A stretch of 36,983 nt of DNA from an uncultured delta proteobacterium (lineage in GTDB: Bacteria; Desulfobacterota; Binatia; UBA9968), in assembly GCA_963804165.1 (NCBI GenBank), contig CAWDPO010000032.1, positions 1 through 36,983 of the forward strand. Direction: 5' to 3'. Each line of letters begins with the position of its first letter. The stretch's first letter is position 1. The notes under the pieces were generated by a model. That model did not search any database and was not told the DNA's origin. It saw only the letters and a list, made by a program, of their open reading frames with translations. Made by a program: the position numbers and the translations under genes. Below are positions 1 to 11,077 of this stretch, piece by piece.

Positions 1-988
1 CCCTTCTTTGCTACGGAATCTTACCGAGTATCAAGGCGCCTGGGCTTGTTGGCGTCCGAGAACGTACAGTAGAATCGAGATTTTGCCTGACACGGAGCGG
101 GAGCAGTCGGCTGCGAATGTTACTGACCGGACTATTTCCGCTTTTTCGGGCGGTGTGGATTCATGCTTTACGGTGTTTCGACACAGGGCCCAGCATGCCG
201 GCCGAGAATCGAAATCTGTTGGCTGGTCCGGGCGATGGTGCATGGATGCGACATTCCGATAGACCAGCCTGAAGTCTTTCAGCGGGCGGTCGCAAGATCA
301 GCAAAGATGTTGACAAGTCTGGGCGTGGAAATTATCCCTGTGGCCAGTAATTTCCGCCAGTTGGACGAACATTGGTTCCATTCACATGCGGCTCTTGTCG
401 CCTCATCTTTGTGGCTGTTCCATCAAAGCTATTCGAGCGGCCTCATCGCTAGCAGTAAGCCCTACAACGATTTACGTCTACCGTGGGGATCTAATCCCGT
501 AACGGATTGGCTTCTCGGGGGATTCGTTCCGAATTATTCACGACGGCGCTGAGTTTACCAGGAACGAAAAGGTTCGCGCGATTGGAGATTGGCCAGAAGC
601 CACGCGGTACTTACGAGTGTGCTGGGAAGGAAATCAGTTGGACCGGAATTGTGGTCAATGTGATAAGTGTATCCGGACCATCTTAAATTTCCGAGTTATG
701 GGGCTTGACTTGCCTGAATGTTTTGAAAATGACGTAGGAGATCAGGAGATTCTGGGCTTGACGGGCTTAAGCGAGAGTTCGATAGCTAACTTCAAGCAGA
801 TACTCTCAGTTGCAGAAAGGACATCCATTTCGGAGTCATGGGTGTCTGCACTCAAAACATGCGTAAAGCGTAATGAGCAAGCGCTGAATCGTGGGCCGAG
901 CTTCAAGCAGCGGATTAAACAAACTGCACGCACTCGTCTGGTCTGGCTGCGGGATCGGTGGCAAGGCCGGCTACCCGCGGCGACGTAA
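1..988 (+). CDS. PP-loop (adenine nucleotide alpha-hydrolase, QueC-like) protein, 5'-truncated by the window edge and split by frameshifts
   Basis: Pieces in ORFs 8..262, 163..552 and 617..988 join into one protein. Motifs: SAFSGGVDS (PP-loop), LPWGSNP, and C-x9-C-x2-C-x2-C (VCWEGNQLDRNCGQCDKCIRT). Stop TAA at 986-988. Confidence 0.7.
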
Positions 989-1137
989 TCTCCAAATCTG
1001 GACTTTTGATCGAGTCCCAGTTCCTCTGCTATGTTGACAAACTACCACATCGATGGACTGCCTTCATAGTACTTAGCTTTTCGGCGCGGCTCAGGGCGAG
1101 CGGAGGGACGCGCAATGTAGTTTGTTTTCCGACTAGT

Positions 1138-1145
1138 GGCGGTAG
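1138..1145 (+). promoter_or_regulatory. ops-like core (GGCGGTAG) immediately upstream of the methyltransferase start
   Basis: Exact 8-mer core of the RfaH-recruiting ops element in an intergenic position, and an RfaH/NusG paralog is encoded at 33671. The downstream nnTG is not matched, and an 8-mer can occur by chance. Confidence 0.3.
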
Positions 1146-1147
1146 GT

Positions 1148-1957
1148 GTGATTAAAGAGGTTAAAACCATAGTCAAAGCAGTGTTCCGGCGGCCCTCTAG
1201 TCGGCCGGATTCAGAAACAGCGCCGGCGCTGGAGTCGGCGACCTCCTGTTGGTTGGGTGCGCTTTGGGTCTCTGCGCCGGCTGCATCCTATTGATCCTAA
1301 CTTTGGTTTCGGGTGGGGACAGGTCATCGACAGGTACTACATTGACAAGTTCCTGGACCAATACGCGTCCGACATTCATGGGCGCGTGCTTGAAGTTGGC
1401 GGGAAATTTTTATACTCAACGCTTTGGAGGCGAACGCGTGAGTCGGTCTGACGTTTTATACTCTCGTTGAAGGACAATCCTAAAGCTACTATTATTGCTG
1501 ATTTGACCGATGCTCGCGATATTCCTGGTCTAATGCTTTTGATTGCTAATCATTTTGACCCAGACGCTGCAGGTTTATCTATGACGTACGCGCTGTTCGT
1601 TGAAACAGTTCATCGCATTTTTTAAACCCGGCGGCATTATTGCTAGTTACCGGTCACGGAATCAGCCAAATATCTCGCAACGACATGGACCGGGCTGGGG
1701 TGAATACTGGCGTTTTACTTCTCTCTCCGCGCGCAAGCTGTTTACAGAGTTTTTTCCCTGAGGATCATGTCACCGTCCAAGCTTTACGGCAACGTGCTCG
1801 CGGCAACGGCGTTCTATACAGGGGCTGACGGTACAGGATCTCCGTTCGCGAGGAGCTGGACTATCACGACCCAAACTACGAACTCATCCTAGGAATACGT
1901 GCCTCCAAGCAGGCTCCCGTGCCGCTCGGCCGGGTAGAAACCCAGGCAAGCAAGTAG
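1148..1957 (+). CDS. Class I SAM-dependent methyltransferase (glycan-locus type), multiple frameshifts
   Basis: RFGSLRRLHPIDPNFGFGWGQVIDRYYIDKFL..GRVLEVG, then YTQRFGG, ATIIADLTDA and LKPGG-like segments. C-terminus reads EELDYHDPNYELILGIRASK..TAG at 1955-1957. Start GTG 1148 is approximate. Confidence 0.75.
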
Positions 1958-2124
1958 GAGCACTTCTTCTGGCAGGAAGCCCGTGGATTTCCGCATCTCT
2001 AGTATATCTTTAGTCATTGCAATTTCCTAGACGACGGTTCAAAAGTCGTCTCGCGGTAAGCCCGACCCAATAAATACCTGATCACCTAATGAGCCGGACA
2101 AATTGGCACCGGTGGCATTGGCCA

Positions 2125-2154
2125 CGCGCGGTGAGCCACCGCACGCGCTTTTTT
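2125..2154 (+). terminator. Possible intrinsic terminator
   Basis: GC-rich stem CGCGCGGTG-AGC-CACCGCACG (one mismatch), then CGC and a T6 run, in the intergenic region after the methyltransferase. Confidence 0.4.
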
Positions 2155-2333
2155 CTGTTTGGCCTCTGCGCGACTCTCTTAGAAAGCCGAACTCTATTAT
2201 TTGGATAACCCAATTCCGGGAATTGATTGACCGCATCACGGCTCGCTCGACCACAGCAGGTGCTTTATGTCTGTTCGATTGGCTGAAAGTCACGACACGA
2301 TTACTACACCCGTAAATACTCTCCGATCGGCAA

Positions 2334-3661
2334 ATGAAGAATAGTTGTCGAGAACGGAGCTCACTCCTTCAAGAAACATGGGCGATGTAGCGATGCTTCA
2401 GGTCGCCGTCTCGAGAATCTCCGAGCTATGGCCAAACGCTTTAATCGAAGTTGTTACGGAGGTGCCTGAACTCTTATCGTTGTACTGTCCGAATGCGAGA
2501 CCTCTCACTGCGCGGGGGTCGGAAGTCTGGTTCCAAGCTGCGGGGAGTTATTTGGGGGCCAGTTTTATCGGCTTGTACCTGGTCCCGCTTTTTAGTTCGC
2601 GTCATGGAATTGGAAAGAGAAGTACGGTTACGCTGGCCGTCGTTGGCGCGCGCCATGATTCACTTCCGTGGAGCAAGCTTCGGCCAACGGACGGCGTGGA
2701 GTTGGGAAACGTATTTGGATGCCCTATTGTCGGCCGATCTGGTCATCATGAGCGGTTGTGGAGGCATCAATGACGCTTTCGTCGAAATTTGCCATGAGAT
2801 CATTTGGATTTATTGGCCATGGTGTCTTGGACCGTCGGTACTCACACTGCGATGTTTGGCCAGGGCTTCGGACCCATTGGAAACCCCAAGCTCTGGGTTA
2901 TGAGCGAAGGAGGTTCTTCCGTCGGTCGATTTAATTTGCACTCGCGAGAGCCGCGCTGGTGCTTCCGCTGCTTCGTTCAGTGGGTGTTTCGCCGGATCGG
3001 ATAATGATCTACCGGCGACGACGCCATTGAGCTCGCCTACGACGCGCGACCCGAAGAAATAGGGAGCGGGAATCGGTGTCAATTTCCGCGTTTCCGATTA
3101 CGCCTGACGTCGGCTTAGCTCAATTAGAGAAAATTCGTCCAGTTTTGCACGACGCGGCCAAAGACTACAGGACATGTTTAATACCAATACCAATTGCGTT
3201 CCATGCGAGCTGGACTCAGATGTAAGAAGTATTGCTTGAAGTTATGAGAGGCCATGACGGGGAAATTGGAGGGCCGGAGAGCACTGTCAATTCGCCGCTT
3301 AAGATAATTCAATCAGGCTGGCCGTTGCCGGGTTGTTGTCACTGGCAGCTATCACGGAGCCGTCTTTGCCCTGTCCCAGGGGATCCCCGCCATCGGACTA
3401 GCAAAATCTGCATACTATGTGGACAAGTTTCTCGGGTTGGCAGATCAATTCGGAATAGGTTGCCAGACGATCTTCTTAGACGATGAACAATTCTGTAACA
3501 AACTCGCGGCGGCAATGGACCTTGCCTGGAGGTCCGCCGAGGATGTCAGAGGGCCATTACTGGAAGCGGCCAGAAGACAGATTGACCTCGGGCACAAGGC
3601 GTACCGGCGCCTATATGACCTCGTTAAGAGTGAAAAGCTCGTTGCGTATTCACTTCATTAA
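2334..3661 (+). CDS. Polysaccharide pyruvyl transferase family protein, multiple frameshifts
   Basis: NMGDVAMLQVAV near the N-terminus, then ADLVIMSGCGGIND, MFGQGFGPI, RE, TGDDA and VTGSYHGAVFALSQGIP across frames. Stop TAA ends at 3661. Confidence 0.8.
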
Positions 3662-3751
3662 GGTCGCATGCATGGTTCTGAATAGGCGGGAAAGCCGACG
3701 AGATCTTTCTACTAAATCGAGAACTGGGAAAAATCAAAGGAGGGCCGCATC

Positions 3752-4367
3752 GTGAGCGATGAAGGGGCATTCCGGACAAAGCAGATCATGCTTGATTATA
3801 TGCGAGGGTTCAGTCTTCCTGCGTCAAATCGACGCGCAGGAGATTGGGCGAATCGTGCAATACCTGCGCAACGCGGGTGACCGTGGCTCAACGATTTACA
3901 TCGCTGGGAACGGCGGCAGCGCGGCCACGGCTTCTCACTGGGTCAACGATTTGGGCAAAGCTACGAAAAGTTCAGGGGAGACGCCTCTACGGGTAATGAG
4001 TCTCAGCGACAACGTCTCCTGGCTCACGGCGTTGGCTAACGACGAGGGTTATGACCGCGTTTTTTCCGGGCAGTTGGAAAATTTCGCCCGGCAGGGAGAT
4101 GTTTTGATCGTCATTTCGGCCAGCGGCAATTCACCGAATCTGCTCGAAGCGGTGGAGTTGGCGCGCCGGCAAGGAATGGTCACCATCGGATTTTTGGGAT
4201 TCGACGGTGGCGCGCTGAAAGACAAAGTCGATGATTACCTATGGTTCCGCACCCAGAAAGGAGCCTACGGCCTGGTCGAAAGCGGCCATTTACTGCTGTG
4301 CCACATCATGACCACATGTCTCATGCAACCGCAGCCAGCCGTATCGCCGGCGGTCGGACCCTATTAG
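3752..4367 (+). CDS. gmhA: Sedoheptulose-7-phosphate isomerase (SIS domain)
   Basis: GNGGSAATASH, TALANDEGYDRVFSGQL and ISASGNSPN motifs. AGGAGG at 3738-3743 precedes GTG 3752, with a probable frameshift near the N-terminus (ORF track gives 3759). Confidence 0.85.
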
Positions 4368-4407
4368 CCTGCTGAAGCGGGATGAACGGAAGTGTGAGCC
4401 TAGTCGA

Positions 4408-4964
4408 TTGACGACACGGAAACGCCATTTGCGACCACCCTGTTTGATTTTGGTTATGGGTGTCGCCGGTTCCGGCAAGACGACTTTGGCGAAAGAAATT
4501 CTTCGGCGCCTATGCGCGGTCTACCTCGACAACAATCATATCGTGGATGCTTTCTTTCCGGACACGAGGACCGGACGAGCATACGAAAAGCTGCGGCCGA
4601 ATTTCTACCGGGTGCTCTACAACATCGCGGAGGAAAACTTAAAAACCGGCAATTCGGTTTTGCTTGACGTGCCGCACGTCAAAGAGATGCAGATTCTCAA
4701 GTGGCGCCGGTTTATCAAAAGCCTGGCGGCACGGACGAACTCGAAACTTGTTGTGATTCGCTGTCGATGCTCCGAAAAAACGTTACGCGCCCGCCTTAAG
4801 TCGAGAGGCGAAACGAGGGACCGTGGAAGCTAGACCATTGGAACGAGTTTATGACCGAACAACCAATCGACCTAAGGCCCGCCTTTTCTTATTGGGATAT
4901 AGACACTAAAATGGGCTTATCCAAAAACGTGAAAGCCGCGCTCCGGCACATCATGTGTCAATGA
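4408..4964 (+). CDS. P-loop kinase (AAA_33 / nucleoside- or gluconate-kinase-like), frameshift near 4825
   Basis: LILVMGVAGSGKTTLAK Walker A, SVLLD, and lid RxRxxxR (TLRARLKSRG). Continues KLDHWNEF..RHIMCQ-TGA to 4964. Confidence 0.75.
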
Positions 4965-5083
4965 AGGTCGCATGCAAAGTAGGCTCTCTTGATTGTCAAA
5001 TTGTTCTACAACACCAGTTTCGCCTGGAGTCGACGCTCTGTCCCTTCAATAATTGGAACTCTTGATCGTCACATTAACTTCTT

Positions 5084-6333
5084 ATGTCATACGAATTGCA
5101 GTCCCAGCAACGACCGACTCAGGCGGTCATCCTTGCCGGTGGTCGCGGCACCCGCTTAAAGCCGCTCACAGATAGCCGACCTAAACCGATGGTCGAATTT
5201 TGGGCAAGCCGTTTCTCGCCTACCAGGTTGAACAACTCCGGGATCAAGGATTCAAAAAAATATTGCTGCTGCTCGGATACCTCCCGGAAATCGTCCAAGA
5301 CTACTGCGGTGACGGCCGCCGCTGGGGTGTTCAAATAGAATATGCAATTTCCGCCCTTGAGGATGAGACGGCGCGCCGGCTTAAGCTTGCCCAAGCGCTT
5401 CTCGATCCGTGTTTTCTCTTACTGTACTGCGACAACTATTGGCCTATGCAAATAGACAAAATGTGGCCGCGATTCGTGGCTGCCGGCACTCCCGCAATGA
5501 TCACTGTCTATACGAACAAAGACGGTTACACCCGGAATAGTGTGCGGGTCGATCCGGACGGCCATGTAGTCATTTATGACAAGTCCTGTACTAGCCCAGG
5601 CCTGCAGGGCGTCGAAATCAGTTACGCATTCGTCGATAAGTCCTTGGTTCAGCTACTGCCAGATGCCAATATGTCCGTGGAGGAGGCCTTGTATACTCGC
5701 TTGGCGAATGATCGGCAATTGGCGGCGTATGTAACCGATCACCGCTATTATAGCGTGGGAGCCTTGCATCGCTTGCCGCTTACCGAATCATTTTTTTCGC
5801 GGCGTCCGGCAGTTATTCTGGATCGTGACGGGGTGTTGAACAAAAAACCTCCGCGCGCTGAATATGTCCGGAGCTGGAGCGAGTTCGAGTGGCTGCCAGG
5901 CGCTATCGAAGCATTGCGGCTACTCACGGAGGTGGGTTATCGAATCATTGTCGTTTCCAACCAAGCGGGAATCGGCCGGCGAGTCATGACCGAAGCGGAT
6001 TTGCACCAGATCCATGCCAAAATGAAAGCGGAGGCCGAAAAAGCAGGCGGCAAAATCGATGAGATTTATTACTGTCCACACGACTGGGAAGAAGGGTGCG
6101 AGTGTCGCAAGCCAAGGCCGGGCATGCTTTTTCAAGCGCAGCGAGAGCTGAATTTGGATTTGACTAGAACTCCATTCGTTGGCGATGACGAGCGGGACGG
6201 ACAGGCCGCCGACAAGGCGGGTTGTCCCTTTGTCCGCGTTTCCGAAAATGAGCCTCTCATCGAGCGAGTCAGGCAATTACTTGCAAGTCGATTAGCGGAA
6301 GGGGTGGAACATCATGCAAAAAAAGAATATTGA
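5084..6333 (+). CDS. gmhB: Fused nucleotidyltransferase (HddC-like) and D,D-heptose-1,7-bisphosphate phosphatase (GmhB, HAD-IIIA), frameshift near 5200
   Basis: N-terminal [23 protein letters not shown] and YCD. C-terminal [33 protein letters not shown] and FVGD. Confidence 0.88.
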
Positions 6334-7385
6334 TCACCGGTCATAACGGTTATATCGGATCGGTGATGGCGCCGACATTCGTGCAGGCTGGATATGAGGT
6401 CGTTGGCCTGGACACGGGATATTTCGGTTCGTGTACCTTGGTGCCGGATGAGCTGATATTCCCTAGTGCGCAAGGACATTCGGAATCTCGAGAGCGTGAT
6501 TTGCAGACTTTTACGCGGTGATCCATCTTGCCGCACTGAGCAACGACCCGATCGGCAATTTGGACTCGGATTGGACGCGACAAATCAACTACGAAGCGAC
6601 TGTTCGTCTGGCGGAAGTACGCGAAAGGCGGCGGGCGTGGAGCGCTTTCTCTTTTCTTCGTCGTGCATCATGTACGGTATGTCGGAAGCAAACGTAGTCA
6701 ACGAAGATTCTCCGCTTGATCCCAGGACCGAATACGCGCGTTCCAAAGTGCTCGCGGAAAGGGCAATCGCCGTGCTCGCCGGGGACGGATTTTCTCCCAC
6801 TTTCTTACGCAACGGAACAATCTATGGTCTCTCGCCCAGAATGCGCTTCGACACGGTATTGAATGACCTCGTTGCCACTGCCGTGACGACCGGCAAAGTT
6901 ATCGTTCACAGCGACGGAAAACCGTGGCGACCCGTCGTTCACGTTCAAGACGTGGCGCGCGCCTTTATGACGGTTGTGCAAGCTCCTGTCGAGAAGATTC
7001 ATAACCAGGCCTTCAACACAGGTGCCAATGAGTTGAATCATCAGATTATTCGATTGGCTGAAATCGCGACGAAAACCGTTCCCGGGTGCAAACTGGAATT
7101 AAAAGCCCAAAGTGGCGCGGATCAGCGCACTTACAAGGCGGATTTCGGAAAGTTTGCTCAGACCTTCCCTGATTTTCAATTCAATGGAATGCCGAAAACG
7201 GCGCCGCAGAACTATGTCGACGCGTTTCGGTCGATTGGATTAACGTACAGCGACCTCACCGACAAAAAGTTCACGCGCCTTAAATGGTTGCAATCATTTA
7301 CTCGAAACCCAACAGCTAATGACAGTTGCACTGGCAAGATCCGCCGAATGAGAAGGCGTACGCCAGCGCAGGTGAGCGCGCATGA
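6314..7385 (+). CDS. NAD-dependent epimerase/dehydratase (extended SDR), multiple frameshifts
   Basis: [11 protein letters not shown] Rossmann motif, [21 protein letters not shown] catalytic Yxxx[16 protein letters not shown] and WRPVVHVQD. Stop TGA overlaps the next ATG (ATGA at 7382-7385). Confidence 0.85.
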
Positions 7386-7831
7386 TCGAAGGCGTCAAGA
7401 TCATACCGCTGCGCCAGATCGTCGATGAGCGCGGCAAGATCATGCACATGATGAAGGCAACCGATCCGCACTTCAGCAAATTCGGCGAAATCTATTTTTC
7501 GTGCGCGTGGCCGGGGACCGTCAAAGCCTGGCACATTCACCAGACCATGACGGTCAATAACGCGGTCCTTCAAGGACGGGCGAAGTTGGTTCTGTATGAT
7601 CTGCGCGAACAGTCTCCCACGCAAAGGTAAGTTGCAGGAAATCTTCTTCGGGGAAGACAACTATTGCCTGGTGCAAATTCCGCCCGGCATTGCGAACGGC
7701 TACAAGGCCTATGGCGACAAAATGGTCATTCTTGCCAACTGCGCGACGGAGCCGCACGATCCGAAGAGATGTTGCGCATGGACCCCTCTACGTCAGAAAT
7801 TCCGTATAACTGGGCGCTGCAACACGGGTGA
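7382..7831 (+). CDS. RmlC-like cupin sugar-nucleotide 3,5-epimerase family protein (short type), frameshifted
   Basis: [41 protein letters not shown] and [11 protein letters not shown]. Ends [14 protein letters not shown], overlapping the GTG of hddA. Confidence 0.85.
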
Positions 7832-8843
7832 TCCATGAATTTGCTAATCCTAGCTATGTGCTTACTCGAACGCCGCTGAGGGTAAGTTTTGCCGGCGGCG
7901 GCACCGACCTGGCTGCGTTTTATGAGATGTCGGAGTACGGGGCTGTCCTTAGCACGGCGATAAACAAATATATTTACGTCACGGTCAAACGGCACAGCGA
8001 TGTCTTCAATGAACCTATCCGGGTGAACTATTCCAGGAGCGAACAAGTACACCGGATTGAAGAGATCGAGAACAATATCGCGCGCGAATGCCTGCGGTTT
8101 TTGGCGATCGACCCGCCGATTTATATAAGCACCGTGGGGGATCTGCCGGCTTCTACAGGGCTAGGTGGATCAAGTAGTTTCGCTGTCGGTCTTCTCAGCG
8201 CGCTGCATGCGTTTAAAGGCGAAAAAGTATCTGCCGGACAGCTCGCGGAGGAAGCTTGCCATATTGAGATTGAAATTCTGAAAGAGCCCATTGGCAAGCA
8301 GGACCAGTATGCTGCGGCTTTCGGCGGATTGAATTTCCTCCGCTTTAAGCCCGGTGGCGACGTTACGGTGGAACCGATACGACTTCGAAACGGAACTTTG
8401 AGCGATGCTGTTTGGCCAGCTACTAATGTTCTGGACCGGCCACCAACGGGACACGAGTTCAGTATTGACCGAGCAAAAGCAGAATACATCGCAGAAGAGA
8501 GATTCTCTTTTCAAAATGCGCGAACAAGCGTAGACAGCTGCAGAATCTGCTCTCGAATGGGCATTTAGACTGCGCTGAACTTGGGCAAATCTTGGATGAG
8601 GGCTGGGAATTGAAGCGTTGCCTCGCGAGCACGATTTCAACCGACGATATCGATCAATGGTATCGGCTAGCTCGGCAAGCGGGAGCATTGGGTGGAAAGT
8701 TGTGCGGCGCCGGCGGTGGTGGCTTCTTGCTTTTTTTGGTGCCGCACTCACGGCAGGAGCAAGTTCGGAAGGCGATGAATGGGCTGAAGGAAATCTCCGT
8801 AGAAGCCGAGGTCCACGGCTCGCAGATTCTCTTCGCCGAATAA
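7828..8843 (+). CDS. hddA: GHMP kinase, D-glycero-alpha-D-manno-heptose-7-phosphate kinase, frameshifted at about 8410-8540
   Basis: RTPLRVSFAGGGTD, PASTGLGGSSS, GKQDQYAAAFGG and GGKLCGAGGGG motifs, in a gmhA/gmhB context. Confidence 0.85.
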
Positions 8844-8878
8844 GTCCGTGCATTTTTTAGAAGGTCCGGCCCTGTCAA

Positions 8879-9430
8879 GTGATTTTCACCGAAACGAACT
8901 TAAGAGGCGCATATATCATTGGCATTGAAAAGCTCGAAGACGATCGGGGTTTCAACGCGCGAGCCGTGTGCCAAAAGGAATTCACATCCCATGGCCTAAT
9001 TTCTCACTTTGTTCAAGCTAATATTCTCTTTAACCGCAAAAGGGGAACACTCCGCGGGTTTCATTACCAGACGCCACCCTGTGCCGAGACCAAACTGTTT
9101 CGCTGCATTCGCGGAGCGGTGTTCGATGTTATCATAGACTTAAGGCCGGAATCGCCGACCTACAAGAAATGGTTTGGGGTAGAATTATCGGCCGATAATT
9201 ACAAGATGCTATATTTGCCGGGAAATTTTGCTCAAGGATTCATAACATTAGCGGATGATACGGAGCTCTTTTACCAGGTCTCCGAGTTTTATTCTCCCGG
9301 ATATGAGAGAGGTATTCGCTACAACGATCCAACATTCGCCGTCGTATGGCCCCGCCCAGTAGAAGTTATCTCCGCGAAGGACAAAGGCTGGCCGAATTAC
9401 CTGCAGTCAATCAGCCAGGAGAAAGACTGA
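8879..9430 (+). CDS. rfbC: dTDP-4-dehydrorhamnose 3,5-epimerase family protein (RmlC/RfbC)
   Basis: Intact 183-aa ORF with DDRGF, GTLRGFHYQ, GAVFDVIIDLRPESPTY, GIRYNDP and ISAKD. Confidence 0.9.
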   Translation: MIFTETNLRGAYIIGIEKLEDDRGFNARAVCQKEFTSHGLISHFVQANILFNRKRGTLRGFHYQTPPCAETKLFRCIRGAVFDVIIDLRPESPTYKKWFGVELSADNYKMLYLPGNFAQGFITLADDTELFYQVSEFYSPGYERGIRYNDPTFAVVWPRPVEVISAKDKGWPNYLQSISQEKD

Positions 9431-9434
9431 ATCA

Positions 9435-10751
9435 ATGATCATCGTTGATCGCGCATTGCAACAGAGAGAACGTGACAGAAATCCTGTACGCGTCGGAATG
9501 GTCGGTGCAGGTTTCATGGGACGCGGGGTTGCGCTTCAAATACTGAATTCCATACCCGGCATGAGGCTGGTCGCAATATCGAATCGCCATCCTGAAGCAG
9601 CGAAGAGGATTTACGTTGAAGCAGGGGCAGAATCCGTGAGCGCTGTCGACAGCGTCGGTCAACTGGAGGCGGCATTGGAGCGAGAGGAATATGCCGTCAC
9701 GGACAATCCCATGATTTTATGTGAAGCCAGAGGCATAGATGCCATTCTGGAGGTGACCGGTTCGATTGAATTCGCAGCTAACGTCGTTCTGAAGGCCATC
9801 GAGAATCGCAAACACACCATCATCATGAACGCTGAGCTGGATGGGACGGTCGGTTGCATACTGAAGGTTTATGCGGATCGAGCCGGAGTCGTATTGACGA
9901 ACACAGATGGGGACCAGCCCGGCGTCATCATGAACCTTTTCAGATTTGTCAAAGGCCTGGGCGTGAGGCCGGTGCTGTGCGGCAACATAAAAGGACTTCA
10001 CGACCCATATCGCAACCCGACCACCCAGCAGGAGTTCGCCCGTAAATGGCAGCAGACCCCCAACATGGTTACCTCTTTTGCCGACGGAACCAAGATTTCA
10101 TACGAGCAGGCGATCGTAGCCAACGCGAGCGGCATGAGGGTGGCTAAACGTGGCATGCTGGGGCCGACGGTCCCCTTCGGCACACCCATTCAGGAGGCAG
10201 TCGATTGGTACCCGTTGGAAGTCCTTACAGAAGGTAACGGAATCGTCGACTACGTAGTGGGCGCCATGCCTAATCCCGGAGTTTTTGTCTTGGGCACTCA
10301 CGACCATCCTACCCAACAACACTATTTAAATCTCTACAAGCTGGGCGCAGGACCATTGTACTGTTTTTACACGCCCTATCACCTGTGTCACTTTGAGGTG
10401 CCAAACTCCATCGCTCGGGCCGTACTGTTTCACGATGCGGCGATATCGCCACTCGACGCGCCAAAGGTCGAAGTTGTTGCTACCGCCAAAACAGATCTAA
10501 AGGCGGACCAGGTGCTCGATGGCATTGGATACTATATGACGTACGGCCAGTGTGAGAACGCCGATGCCGCTCGCGCCGAAAACCTGTTGCCAATGGGATT
10601 AGCGGAAGGTTGCCGCTTGAAAAGGAACATCCCTAAAGATCAGGTCCTCACTTATGACGATGTAACCGTGCCGGAGGCTCGGTTATGCGACAAGTTGCGC
10701 ACCGAACAAGACGGTTACTTCGCTCAGACGAAGGTTACGAGTAATAACTAA
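9435..10751 (+). CDS. NAD(P)-dependent oxidoreductase, homoserine-dehydrogenase-like with C-terminal SAF domain
   Basis: Intact 438-aa ORF with VGMVGAGFMG, NAELDGTVG, GDQPG and SFADGTK. SAF-like C-terminus (LDGIGYY..LPMGLAEGCRLKRNIPKDQVLTYDDV). Confidence 0.88.
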   Translation: MIIVDRALQQRERDRNPVRVGMVGAGFMGRGVALQILNSIPGMRLVAISNRHPEAAKRIYVEAGAESVSAVDSVGQLEAALEREEYAVTDNPMILCEARGIDAILEVTGSIEFAANVVLKAIENRKHTIIMNAELDGTVGCILKVYADRAGVVLTNTDGDQPGVIMNLFRFVKGLGVRPVLCGNIKGLHDPYRNPTTQQEFARKWQQTPNMVTSFADGTKISYEQAIVANASGMRVAKRGMLGPTVPFGTPIQEAVDWYPLEVLTEGNGIVDYVVGAMPNPGVFVLGTHDHPTQQHYLNLYKLGAGPLYCFYTPYHLCHFEVPNSIARAVLFHDAAISPLDAPKVEVVATAKTDLKADQVLDGIGYYMTYGQCENADAARAENLLPMGLAEGCRLKRNIPKDQVLTYDDVTVPEARLCDKLRTEQDGYFAQTKVTSNN

Positions 10752-11077
10752 AGAAATTATCCGCGTTTCATCTAATGTCCGTCGCAGGAATCTTGCTCGG
10801 ATTCGGCTCGCCTCCGCTTTTACCGGGCCATAAATGATCTTATCGAAACCCCCACCTGTCGGTACGGTTTGTAGAGGATATACCGCGAAGCTCCTCAAGT
10901 GGCTAAACTGTTTGATCACGGGAAAAGTCGTATCTGTTAAGGTATTCCGTCTTACGCTTCTCGGTGGCTCAACCTGTGTAATAAGAACTCATTCAGAGGA
11001 TTGACCAAAAGCTCAAAATCGCGGCCTGAAACAGCAAAATTATTGTCGGATGAAAGGTTAACTCAGGGAGTTCTAAC

